This document shows, piece by piece, positions 46,024 through 54,007 of a stretch of 56,521 bases of DNA; positions within the stretch are counted from its first letter, which is position 1, and every line of letters starts with the position of its first letter. Source of the DNA: a virus (Duplodnaviria; Caudoviricetes); IMG/VR virus record IMGVR_UViG_3300020152_000005, positions 1 through 56,521 of that record; one strand, 5' to 3'. The notes under the pieces were generated by a model, which saw nothing but the letters and a program-made list of their open reading frames with translations, ran no database searches and had not been told where the DNA came from. The position numbers were made by a program, and so were the translations under genes.

Positions 46024-46118
46024 CGCCGGCGCAGCCGCCTGAGCAGCCGGGTGATCAGGTCTGCCGACAACGCGCCGACGAATCCGGCAGCGAACGCGCC
46101 CCAGAGCGTGCAGGTCAT
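46020..46118 (-). CDS. Small membrane peptide (32 aa)
   Basis: MTCTLWGAFAAGFVGALSADLITRLLRRLRRR; ATGA overlaps at both ends. Confidence 0.5.
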   Translation of the reverse strand: MTCTLWGAFAAGFVGALSADLITRLLRRLRRR

Positions 46119-46261
46119 CGGATCGCGTCGACGAAAAGCAGCAGACCGAGCACGAGCCAGCCGACCGGCTCGCCCCAGAGGTGCCCCGCCGCGATCGACG
46201 CGATCGCGATCCCTGCGACGCCGCTGCAGCCGCTGGCGTCCACCTTTGGCCGCTCGCTCAT
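46115..46261 (-). CDS. Small membrane protein (48 aa)
   Basis: Two hydrophobic segments; ATGA overlaps. Confidence 0.55.
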   Translation of the reverse strand: MSERPKVDASGCSGVAGIAIASIAAGHLWGEPVGWLVLGLLLFVDAIR

Positions 46262-46761
46262 CGCGTCGTCGGCGTTGGCACGCCGTAGCCCATCTGCTGC
46301 GCGCGCTCTCCGTCCATGCGCCACTGCGCCTCGAGCTGCGGGTCGTTGACCTGCCAGAGGTGAAGGCAGAACGGGTGCAGGCTCAGCCACCACGCGCGCG
46401 GCGGGTGCGGGATGCAGAGCACGACGTCAGCCGGCAGCAGCGCGTCGCGCACGGCTCGGATCTCATCCCAGAGCGGCAGCCGGGTCGGGTGCGAAATGCT
46501 CAAGTGCCAGCGGCGCTCGCCGCGGCCGAGCTCGAGCGGCTCGAAGGCGCGGATCGCCTTCAGGTTACTCTTCGCCGGTGCCCATGTCTCGTACGGTGCG
46601 ACGTCGTTCGGCATCGCCGTACGCGCCGGCTGCAGGCCGCGCAGCGCGAGCCGCGCGTCGAGCGTGTTGCCGTTGACGACGATCCAGCCCGCCTCGAGTA
46701 GCTCGCGCACGGTCGGCGTGCCCTCGGGAAACTGCAGCGGCTTCTTCGCCCTCGAGCTCAT
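46258..46761 (-). CDS. Conserved phage protein
   Basis: WHLSISH..RLP.WDE...HP......HPFCLHLW pattern. Confidence 0.75.
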   Translation of the reverse strand: MSSRAKKPLQFPEGTPTVRELLEAGWIVVNGNTLDARLALRGLQPARTAMPNDVAPYETWAPAKSNLKAIRAFEPLELGRGERRWHLSISHPTRLPLWDEIRAVRDALLPADVVLCIPHPPRAWWLSLHPFCLHLWQVNDPQLEAQWRMDGERAQQMGYGVPTPTTR

Positions 46762-47186
46762 TCCATCTCCAGATCCAGAAGTGAAACGTCGACCGCGCTC
46801 AGCGGCGGGTCGTGATCGAAGAAGCCCGGCGGCGGATCGAAGTTGTATCTGCTCGGGTTCTCGTGACGATGCTGTAGCCGCAGCATCGCGCCCCAGACGT
46901 CGAGGTAGGCGTCGTGCCGGTCCTGCGCCTGCACGCTCGCCTTGAAGTTGTCGTAGTCGATCCGGTCGACCGCGCGCAGCATCGCGGCCGCGAGCCTCGA
47001 GCGCGTGACCGTTGCGCGGAAGAGGTAGTCAGCCTGCGGCGTCTTCCGCGCACGGATGCGCGGCCCGCGCGTGCCCGCGAAGGCGCGTTCGATATCGCCC
47101 TTCACGCGAGCGCGCACGAGCAGCTTCTCGCTGTCGTCGCGGTCCGCGACGATCGAGATCATCGCGTCGTTCAGGAAAACCCACAT
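46758..47186 (-). CDS. Conserved phage protein
   Basis: MWVF..SIV..LLVRAR..DY.FR..IDYDNFK pattern. Confidence 0.75.
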   Translation of the reverse strand: MWVFLNDAMISIVADRDDSEKLLVRARVKGDIERAFAGTRGPRIRARKTPQADYLFRATVTRSRLAAAMLRAVDRIDYDNFKASVQAQDRHDAYLDVWGAMLRLQHRHENPSRYNFDPPPGFFDHDPPLSAVDVSLLDLEME

Positions 47187-48028
47187 CAGAGCGCCTCGGG
47201 TGAAAAGGTGCTGACGACCATCCGGTCTTCGGCGACGTCGCCGCTGCTCGGAATGTCGGCGTCGAGCAGCACGAGCTGCTCGAGGATCATCGTCAGGTCG
47301 CCGGCGAATTCGTCGTAGCCGGGTCCGGCCGCGCTGAGCTCGTTGCGCGCGAGCGCCAGCAGCTGCCGCGCTCGAGCTCCGGGCCGCTGGCTGATGTCGA
47401 TCAGGCCCTCGGGTACGGGCTCCGGTTCGCGCGCGAGCTCGCGCACGTGCGCCGCGGTGATCGACGCCTGCTGCTCGCGTGCAAGCTGCTGCTGCTTCCG
47501 CTTCGGCAGGCGCGCCGCCTTGAACGCTACGCCCGGTGCCATCAGGCCGGTCGCGAGCCTGAAGCGCAGATCCTCGACGAGCCCGGTCAGGCGCAGCAGC
47601 TTCTTCAGGCGCTTGCCGTCGACGCCTAGCTGCTCGCCGATGTCGCGCAGCGTGATGCCCGGCACCTTCAGCAGGCGCTCGGCCGCCTCGAGCTCGTCGA
47701 CGATGTTCCTCTCACGCGTCAGGTTCTCGCTCATTGCGATCGCCTTCGCGACGTCGTCGCTCGTGCCCGGCGGCAGCACGAGCGACGGCACGGCCTTCCA
47801 GCCGAGCTCGCGCGCGCAGCGAATGCGGTGCTTCCCTGCGTCGATCCGGTAGCCGCCCTCGCGCTCGGTCAGCACGACGTTCTGCAGCATGATCCCGGTC
47901 GACTGCAGGTTGCGCAGCAGCGACGCGCGCAGGTCGACGTGATCCGTCGACGCGATCAGATCGAGCGGTACGTCGCGGCGCTCGCCGGCGATCGGCCCTT
48001 CAGCGAAGAGCAGCGTCTGCTCGCTCAT
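47186..48028 (-). CDS. ParB/Spo0J-like protein
   Basis: YRIDAGKHRIRC..LGW..VP, MSENLTRE, followed by an HTH. Confidence 0.85.
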   Translation of the reverse strand: MSEQTLLFAEGPIAGERRDVPLDLIASTDHVDLRASLLRNLQSTGIMLQNVVLTEREGGYRIDAGKHRIRCARELGWKAVPSLVLPPGTSDDVAKAIAMSENLTRERNIVDELEAAERLLKVPGITLRDIGEQLGVDGKRLKKLLRLTGLVEDLRFRLATGLMAPGVAFKAARLPKRKQQQLAREQQASITAAHVRELAREPEPVPEGLIDISQRPGARARQLLALARNELSAAGPGYDEFAGDLTMILEQLVLLDADIPSSGDVAEDRMVVSTFSPEAL

Positions 48029-48255
48029 CGCGGGTCCCGCAGGCTCTCGGTTGGTGCGACCGGCGGCGTCCATGCTTCGTAGCCGGCGCGCTCGATCGAG
48101 AGGCCCGCCTTCGTCGCGTCGTTCAGCCGGGCCGTGTGCGTCGCGACCGGACGCCCGGTGCCGACCGAGCTCTTGCACTGCTCGCCGATGGCTGCGCCGC
48201 AGCGCCTGCAGGCGACGGGGAAGGCTCGACGGTACTCGAGGCTGCTGCTGCTCAT
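48025..48255 (-). CDS. Zinc-finger protein
   Basis: CRRCGAAIGEQC...HTAR. Confidence 0.7.
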   Translation of the reverse strand: MSSSSLEYRRAFPVACRRCGAAIGEQCKSSVGTGRPVATHTARLNDATKAGLSIERAGYEAWTPPVAPTESLRDPR

Positions 48256-48464
48256 GCGTCTCGCTCCTGCGCGAAGAGCTCGCGCGCTGCAGTGATCGCC
48301 GAGCCCTCGACGACGAGACGGTGCCCGCCGCGGTCGGTCGGCTCAGTGCGGTAGTCGATACCGTGCGCAGCCAGTTGCTGCGCGACGCGCTCGCGCGCGG
48401 CGAGATCGCCGACGACGCCGAGCGCGAGGTACGTCGGTCGCGCGATCGGGGTGCCGTCGATCAT
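48252..48464 (-). CDS. Hypothetical protein
   Basis: 70 aa, coupled. Confidence 0.6.
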   Translation of the reverse strand: MIDGTPIARPTYLALGVVGDLAARERVAQQLAAHGIDYRTEPTDRGGHRLVVEGSAITAARELFAQERDA

Positions 48465-48643
48465 CGCAGCCTGTCCTGCTCGCGGTGATCCGCGGCGTAC
48501 CGGCGCACCGCGCCGATGCTCGAGCAGCCGGCGTTCAGGTGCTGCGCGAGCTCGTGCGCGTCAGCCTCGGTCGGCTGGCGCTTGAAGACCGCGAGGAAGA
48601 GCTCGCGCGTGCTGCTGTCGAGGTAGCTCGCCGCGGTCGTCAT
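48461..48643 (-). CDS. Hypothetical protein
   Basis: 60 aa, coupled. Confidence 0.55.
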   Translation of the reverse strand: MTTAASYLDSSTRELFLAVFKRQPTEADAHELAQHLNAGCSSIGAVRRYAADHREQDRLR

Positions 48644-49023
48644 ACGCCCTGCGAGAGCAGCGACGGCTGCTTCGTGACGCGCGCAGCAAGCTCAGCCGCG
48701 ATCGTATCGACCGCGCCCGCGAGCTCGTCGGTCTGCGTCATCAGGTTGACGTACCAGCTTTTCACTTGGCGCACCTTCTTGTCGGCGGTGCGCAGCTTTA
48801 GCTCAGCGGTTGCCTGCTGGAAGTTGTAGCTGAGCGTCAGCGTCGCCGCGATCGCCGGCACGCCGGTCGTGCCGCGCGCGCCCGCCTTGATCTCGTGAAA
48901 GAAGAGCGTGCCGATGTTGCTGGCGCTGCGGCTGTCGCTCGCCGCGAAGCCAGCGTCGCGCGCGCGGTCGACGATCGCGTCGAGCACGTGCTCCTGCAGG
49001 GACGGAATCGAGGTCTTGGGCAT
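48640..49023 (-). CDS. Hypothetical protein
   Basis: 127 aa, CCGGAGAACC RBS after a promoter. Confidence 0.7.
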   Translation of the reverse strand: MPKTSIPSLQEHVLDAIVDRARDAGFAASDSRSASNIGTLFFHEIKAGARGTTGVPAIAATLTLSYNFQQATAELKLRTADKKVRQVKSWYVNLMTQTDELAGAVDTIAAELAARVTKQPSLLSQGV

Positions 49024-49035
49024 CTGAGGTTCTCC

Positions 49036-49101
49036 GGTTCGGTGCTGCTCTCGGGTACGAAAATGCGACCGACCGGGCTCGAAAGCAAGCCCGGTCGGTT
49101 C
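49036..49101 (-). promoter_or_regulatory. Promoter with GAGAGCAGCAC leader, overlapping a hairpin
   Basis: TTGCTT-N17-CATTTT-N7-GAGAGCAGCACCGAACC; stem CCGACCGGGCT/AGCCCGGTCGG. Confidence 0.55.
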
Positions 49102-49107
49102 GGGGGT

Positions 49108-49650
49108 TCAGAAGCTCGGGTTCCGCTCGTCGCGGCGGCCGCGCACGAGGCCCCACGTGCGACCGTAGAGCCACGCGCCAGACTTCCGGCGACGCCAGAA
49201 GACGACCGTCTTGCCCTGCGCGTCCTGCGCTTCGATCCGGCGGTAGCTGTCGCTGATCTTCGTGATGCGACCCGCCGGGTAGTAGTCGCCGTTGAAGCCG
49301 TAGCTGACCTCGTCGCCGACCTGCGGCGCTTCGATGACGTCGAAGCGCGGCGAGCGGCCCTGCGTGTCCGTCGCGAGGTAGCGGACCGGCACGTCTTCCG
49401 GCGTCGGCGTCGCGGCTGCCGTGCGGATCAGGTCGAGCGTGCTCGGGCGGTACGTCCAGTCGATCTCGGCCGCCATGACGCGAGCGTAGAGCTCGTCGGC
49501 CTGCTTCGCGAGCTCCTGCGCCTGCTCGAGCGTCTTCAGGTCGTTGCGCGTGACGACGGTCGCGCCGAGCGCCGCCGCGATGTCACGAGCCTCGGTGTAG
49601 TCGGTCGTCGTGTGGTCGACGCGGTTGCTGCGGGTCAGGAAGTAGGTCAT
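49108..49650 (-). CDS. Hypothetical protein
   Basis: MTYFLTR start with CCGGAGAACGG RBS. Confidence 0.75.
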   Translation of the reverse strand: MTYFLTRSNRVDHTTTDYTEARDIAAALGATVVTRNDLKTLEQAQELAKQADELYARVMAAEIDWTYRPSTLDLIRTAAATPTPEDVPVRYLATDTQGRSPRFDVIEAPQVGDEVSYGFNGDYYPAGRITKISDSYRRIEAQDAQGKTVVFWRRRKSGAWLYGRTWGLVRGRRDERNPSF

Positions 49651-49675
49651 TTGCCGTTCTCCGGTTCGGGGTTCC

Positions 49676-49742
49676 GTGCTGCTCTCGAGGTACAAGGTAA
49701 ACCCTTCCGCTTGCGCCCGCAAGGGGCAAGAAAAAGCCCGGC
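49676..49742 (-). promoter_or_regulatory. 67-bp terminator/promoter cassette, copy 2
   Basis: TTGCGG-N17-TACCTT-N7-GAGAGCAGCAC; 66/67 identical to 2815-2881. Confidence 0.8.
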
Positions 49743-49753
49743 CGAGGCCGGGC
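49729..49753 (-). terminator. Rho-independent terminator after the lipoprotein gene
   Basis: GCCCGGC-CTCG-GCCGGGC-TTTTT. Confidence 0.8.
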
Positions 49754-49786
49754 TCTCTCTCCCCGCTTTGGCCCGCCGCGCCGGGG

Positions 49787-50869
49787 TTACGGCCGAGCGG
49801 CGAGCCGGAAGACGTCGCCCTGCCGATACGAGCCATTGCAGAGCGGGCCGCTCGAGACGTACGCCTGCTCGGCCTCGAGCCACTCGAGCACGTGCCCGGC
49901 CGAGCTCAGTCGGTCCGGCACAAGCTGCCGGCCGCTCTCGAGCTCGTGAGACTCGAAGGGGATCGTCGCCGTGTCGCCCGCTTCCCACGTAAGCGCGGTC
50001 AGGTTCTGCACGAATTTGATGTCGCGATCGGGCAACGCGGACGGGCTCGGCGACGCCCAATACTCGACGGTAACGGTGCCGGTGACGTAGATCGAATCAG
50101 CAGCCGACGCGCGCACCGCGTCGAAGCAGCGATACGCGACGTCGAAGGTGATCGCGCTCAGGTCGCGGTACGAGCTCGCCGGCACCTGCCGCTGCACACT
50201 GCCGACCGTCACGACGATGCGGCCGGTGTCTTCCGTCGCGACGTCGAGCGTGCCCGCGTCGATCGAGACGGTGAAGCTGTCCAGAGCGTTGCCGTGCTCG
50301 TCGCGTACGTTCGTGACGAGGCTCGCGAGCGTGCTCGGATCGGTGCCCGCGACGACGTCGACGCGCGCCGGGAAATCGAACGTCGCCGGCGCGCCCGGCA
50401 GCGCGGTCGCGAAGAACGTGTCGAAGACCATCGGCGCACCTGTCTCGGGATCGACCGCGCGCGCTTCCATGCGGCACTCTCCCGCGCGGCCGCCGAGCTC
50501 CCAGAGATCCTTCGCGCGCCCGATCGTGTCGGTCACTGCAGAGCCGGCGAACGGACGGCCGCAGCCTTCCTCGACGACGACGAAATTCACGACGACGCCG
50601 GGGACCGGGTCTTCGTTCACCATCAGGCTCGCCTGCGGGCCGACCATGCGCAGCGCGCCGGTGATCTCATTCTGCACGACCTGCACGCCGAGCGGGTCCG
50701 GCAGCGTCGTCTCGACGTAGCCGATCTGGCCCTGCCCTTCGATGATCGACATGCTGAGCACGCCGTCGACGGGCTCGACGGGCGGCTCGGTCGGGCCACC
50801 CTCGCCGCAGGCGCTCAGCGCCAGCACGAGCAGGACGGCCGCGGTGCGGCGGGTGTAGGTGCGCGTCAT
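49787..50869 (-). CDS. Lipoprotein with Ig-like domain
   Basis: Lipobox LSA-C; GQGQIGYVETTLPDPLGVQV, PVPGVVVNF, AVTDTIGRA..WELG. Confidence 0.85.
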   Translation of the reverse strand: MTRTYTRRTAAVLLVLALSACGEGGPTEPPVEPVDGVLSMSIIEGQGQIGYVETTLPDPLGVQVVQNEITGALRMVGPQASLMVNEDPVPGVVVNFVVVEEGCGRPFAGSAVTDTIGRAKDLWELGGRAGECRMEARAVDPETGAPMVFDTFFATALPGAPATFDFPARVDVVAGTDPSTLASLVTNVRDEHGNALDSFTVSIDAGTLDVATEDTGRIVVTVGSVQRQVPASSYRDLSAITFDVAYRCFDAVRASAADSIYVTGTVTVEYWASPSPSALPDRDIKFVQNLTALTWEAGDTATIPFESHELESGRQLVPDRLSSAGHVLEWLEAEQAYVSSGPLCNGSYRQGDVFRLAARP

Positions 50870-50950
50870 CTTCTCTCTCTCCGGGCTCTCAGGTAGTCGG
50901 GTACTGCGCGTTCTCGACCATCGCCTATTCCACTTTCCAGCGCAAGGCCC

Positions 50951-51967
50951 TTACTGCAGGCGCAAGCGGCGGTCCGGGCCAGTCAGCTCGACGAGCTGCG
51001 CGTTCTTCGCCAGCCTCGAGAGCACGCGGTCGATCGCCCATCCGGCTTCGCTGTCCTGCAGCGCCTGCTCGCGCAGCTCGGCGAGCCTGAAGTTGCTCGT
51101 GACGACGGTCGCGCGACCGGCGCGCTCTTCGGCGATCGTCGCCATCGTCTCGATCGTGAATTCGGTCCAGCGCGTTGTACCGAGGTCGTCGAGCACGAGC
51201 ACGTCGGGTGCGGTGCAGCGGCGCACGATGTCAAGCGCGCTCTCGTCGCTGCTGTCGCTGAACGTCGCGCGGATCTCGAGCAGCAGCTTCGGCGCGTAGA
51301 CGTAGCGCACGTCGCGACCGGGCTCGAGGCCGTCGAGCAGCAGCTGCCGCACGATCGATACTGCGAGGTGCGTCTTGCCGTTGCCCGGCGCGATCCGCTG
51401 GCCGGGTCGCCGGCTGCTCAGGTAGAGCCGGCGGTTACGATCGCCGGACCTGATCGCGTTGACGAATGCGACCGCGGCGTCGTACGCGTGCCGGTCGTGC
51501 TCGAGGCTGAAGCTCTCGAAGGCTGCGCTGCCGTACTCGTCGACGTTCACGCCGGCGAGCTCGAGCAGCTCGAGGATGCGCGCGGGTCGATTCGCAAGGT
51601 GCGCGCGGCGTTCCTGCTCGGCTTCCTCGCGCGCGAGCTGCTCGAGCTCGCGACGCTCGGCGACGATCTCGCGCTGGCACTCGTCGCACGGATGCGCCGC
51701 GTGCAGCTTGCCGTCGATCAGGTACGCGCCGACCGTGTTCGGTCGCTCGCGTTTCCGCAGCTCGCACTGCGGGCAGGTTACGCGGCCGTCGCACGTGTTC
51801 GGCTCGCGCGGCCCGATCTCAGCCTTTGCCTGCTCCTGCAGCGCCGGCGGAAGGTCCGCCAGTGTCGACGCTGAGCTCGTCGAAGGGGCTGCTCCCGCCT
51901 CGCGTCCTGTTCGTTCCCTGTAGCGTCGCGCCAGCTCGGCGACGTCGACCTTCTCCGGTTCGCTCAT
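50951..51967 (-). CDS. DnaC/IstB-like helicase loader ATPase
   Basis: CxxC pairs, PGNGKTHLA, LVLDDLG, VTSN, DRVLSRL, GPDRR. Confidence 0.92.
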   Translation of the reverse strand: MSEPEKVDVAELARRYRERTGREAGAAPSTSSASTLADLPPALQEQAKAEIGPREPNTCDGRVTCPQCELRKRERPNTVGAYLIDGKLHAAHPCDECQREIVAERRELEQLAREEAEQERRAHLANRPARILELLELAGVNVDEYGSAAFESFSLEHDRHAYDAAVAFVNAIRSGDRNRRLYLSSRRPGQRIAPGNGKTHLAVSIVRQLLLDGLEPGRDVRYVYAPKLLLEIRATFSDSSDESALDIVRRCTAPDVLVLDDLGTTRWTEFTIETMATIAEERAGRATVVTSNFRLAELREQALQDSEAGWAIDRVLSRLAKNAQLVELTGPDRRLRLQ

Positions 51968-52673
51968 CCGTGCTCTCTCCTGTTGCATCGCGTGCGGCCG
52001 TCTCGACGAATCGCCGGAAGAATCGGCCGTTGTAGTCGTGCCCTTCAGCTGCGTACCTCTGCAGCGCGGTCGCCATCGCCTGCGGTCGCTTTTCAGCCGG
52101 CAGGCTGCCCCACGCTCGCGCGTCGGTGCCGTTCGGTCCGTAGAGGCCATGCAGCCCGACGAGCGTCGTGTCGCTCGCGCCGCAGGCCGTCGTGAAGAGC
52201 TCGAGCGCCGCCCGGCCATCCTCGCCGAGCCACGTCTCGAAAGCCCTCGCGCGGTCTGATGCGCTGATCGGTTCCGTTCGGGTTCCCTTACGGTTCATGG
52301 GGTCCCGCTGCGGGACGGCAGGGGTCCCGGCGCGGGACGGTAGGGGTCCCGCTGCGGGACGGGGGGGTCCCGCTCTGGGACCCTCGTCGGTCACGAGCTC
52401 GAGCTGCTCGAGCGCCGTGATCGTGTAGCTCGTCGACGTCTGCTGCCCGCCGTCGCGGAAGCGCTGCTGCCGAGCGATGACGCCGTCGCGCTCGAGCTCG
52501 TCGAGGTAGCGGAGTATCGTCGACCGGCCGAGGCAGGTCATCTTCTGCAGCCGGCGCAGGCTCGGCCAGCAGACGTGATCGTGATTCGCTGCGTCTGCGA
52601 GCGCGACGAGCAGCAGCTTCTTCCCGCTCGGAAGCTCCTGCTCGAAGGCCCACGTTATCGCTTGAAGGCTCAT
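51819..52673 (-). CDS. Replication initiator with N-terminal HTH (lambda O-like position)
   Basis: KLLLVALAD...CWPSLRRL...STILRYLDELE; contains iterons; precedes the loader. Confidence 0.88.
   Translation of the reverse strand: MSLQAITWAFEQELPSGKKLLLVALADAANHDHVCWPSLRRLQKMTCLGRSTILRYLDELERDGVIARQQRFRDGGQQTSTSYTITALEQLELVTDEGPRAGPPRPAAGPLPSRAGTPAVPQRDPMNRKGTRTEPISASDRARAFETWLGEDGRAALELFTTACGASDTTLVGLHGLYGPNGTDARAWGSLPAEKRPQAMATALQRYAAEGHDYNGRFFRRFVETAARDATGESTDERTGEGRRRRAGATLQGTNRTRGGSSPFDELSVDTGGPSAGAAGAGKG
52299..52383. repeat. Four palindromic iterons, probable replication origin
   Basis: GGGGTCCCG-N3-CGGGAC units at 52299, 52321, 52343 and 52364 (last imperfect); spacing 22/22/21. Confidence 0.85.
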
Positions 52674-52897
52674 GCTCTCGGGGTAGTGCTCTCGGTTGCT
52701 GCGGCGGCTTGCGCAGCTGCGCCGTCGAACGCGCGCAGCGACTGCTCGAGCCGCTTCTCAGCATCGCGCGCCTCGTGTACGACGGCAAGCGCCGCCGCGC
52801 CGAAGCCTACTGCGGCCGCGATCGCGGCCGTGATCGCCCAGAAGCCGGCACCGATCAGCACGGCTTCCCAGAGCGCGTAGCACCTGTCAGGCTCCAT
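52670..52897 (-). CDS. Small membrane protein
   Basis: 75 aa with a long hydrophobic segment; GAGG RBS. Confidence 0.6.
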   Translation of the reverse strand: MEPDRCYALWEAVLIGAGFWAITAAIAAAVGFGAAALAVVHEARDAEKRLEQSLRAFDGAAAQAAAATESTTPRA

Positions 52898-52910
52898 CGC
52901 CTCTCTTCTC

Positions 52911-52939
52911 TTGCGTCGGGGATCTGGCGGTCCTATCCT
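52911..52939 (+). promoter_or_regulatory. Antisense sigma70-like promoter
   Basis: TTGCGT(52911-16)-N17-TATCCT(52934-39) in an intergenic gap. Confidence 0.6.
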
Positions 52940-52945
52940 TTCACC

Positions 52946-53033
52946 TCAGCCGCAGTACCGCTCTCCGGCGGTAGGTGCGTGCTCTCCTGAACGGCCTGCG
53001 GCGCTTCGGCGTCCGCAGGCCGTCTCAGTTTCT
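52946..53033 (+). ncRNA. Predicted small regulatory RNA (about 85 nt)
   Basis: Lies between that promoter and a + strand terminator; stem TACCGC/GCGGTA with a CUCC loop, then GUGCGUGCUCUCC. Confidence 0.5.
52987..53033 (+). terminator. Plus-strand terminator hairpin
   Basis: ACGGCCTGCGG/CCGCAGGCCGT stem with C-UUCG-G loop, then TTTCT. Confidence 0.65.
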
Positions 53034-53036
53034 GCC

Positions 53037-53720
53037 CTACTTGATCGAGAGCCGCACGCCGCGGTCGTTCAGCTTCGCGAACGGCAGAACCTCGCCGGCC
53101 TCGAGCGCGGCGCGCACGCGCGCCTTGTCGATCTCCTGCTCGACTGCGTACGCCTCGCACGCCGGCGCGACGTAGCTCTCGACGATGTCGAGCAGCGTCG
53201 CGTTCGGTGCGGAGATCGTGATCGTGACCTTGCGGAAGCGCAGCGGGACGTCGGTCGCCGCCGTGCCCTCGACGATCTCGAGCGGCTGCTTCCCGCCGTT
53301 GCCGACGACGCTCGTGCGGTAGCGCAGGCCCTCGATCGTCTTCTTGCCGAATGCCTGCATGAAGACGAGCAGCCGCTCGGTCAGCTTCTTCGCGGCGTTC
53401 TCGTCGACGCGCGCGCGGTCGGCGATCCGCTGCGCTTCGTTCGCGCGCACCGCTGCTCGAGCTCGCAGCTCCTGAATCAGCGACGCGTAGCGATCGACCT
53501 TCTCGCTCAGGTCGCCCTGCGTGTCGCGCAGCCAGCCGTCGAGGATCGTCTCGATCTGCTCGTCGGTGACGTCGCCGCCCTGCTCGACGAGCAGATCCTC
53601 GAGCGCGAGCAGATCCTCGCCGATCTCGAAGAGCGTGCGGTTGCGCGGCCGCGCGGCGAGCTCTTCCGCCGTCGCAGCGGGTACGCCGGCGGTGCCGGTC
53701 TTCGTCGTCGTCTTCGTCAT
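53037..53720 (-). CDS. Siphovirus Gp157-family protein
   Basis: TLFEI, EKVDRYASLI, NEAQRI, EIDKARVRAALEAG, RLSIK. Confidence 0.85.
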   Translation of the reverse strand: MTKTTTKTGTAGVPAATAEELAARPRNRTLFEIGEDLLALEDLLVEQGGDVTDEQIETILDGWLRDTQGDLSEKVDRYASLIQELRARAAVRANEAQRIADRARVDENAAKKLTERLLVFMQAFGKKTIEGLRYRTSVVGNGGKQPLEIVEGTAATDVPLRFRKVTITISAPNATLLDIVESYVAPACEAYAVEQEIDKARVRAALEAGEVLPFAKLNDRGVRLSIK

Positions 53721-54007
53721 GCCTCTCTCCGTTGTGGTGCTCTCGTCGGCTCGTCGAAAAGGCGAGCGTGCGGAATGCCGATCGCCTTCGCTACCGCGCG
53801 CTCGAGCCGGTCACTGCGCGCGGTCCCTCTGATCACCTGCCGTACGGCCTGCGGGCTGACGCCCTCGCGGTCGGCGAGCGCGGCCGCGTTCAGCTTCGCG
53901 AGCTTCACGATCGCGATGCGCTTGTCGGCGAGCGTTAGGCCCTCGGCGTCGAGGATCGCCTGCACGGACGCGTCCGGCAGCCGGTGCTTCTTCGGTCTGG
54001 GGCTCAT
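53717..54007 (-). CDS. Ner/Cro-like HTH regulator
   Basis: AALADREGVSPQAVRQVI...ERAVAKAIGIP..LF. Confidence 0.75.
   Translation of the reverse strand: MSPRPKKHRLPDASVQAILDAEGLTLADKRIAIVKLAKLNAAALADREGVSPQAVRQVIRGTARSDRLERAVAKAIGIPHARLFDEPTRAPQRREA

Noticed and set aside
52299-52383. Mini CRISPR array
   Set aside because: Only 1-2 nt between repeats, located inside the initiator gene, and no cas genes
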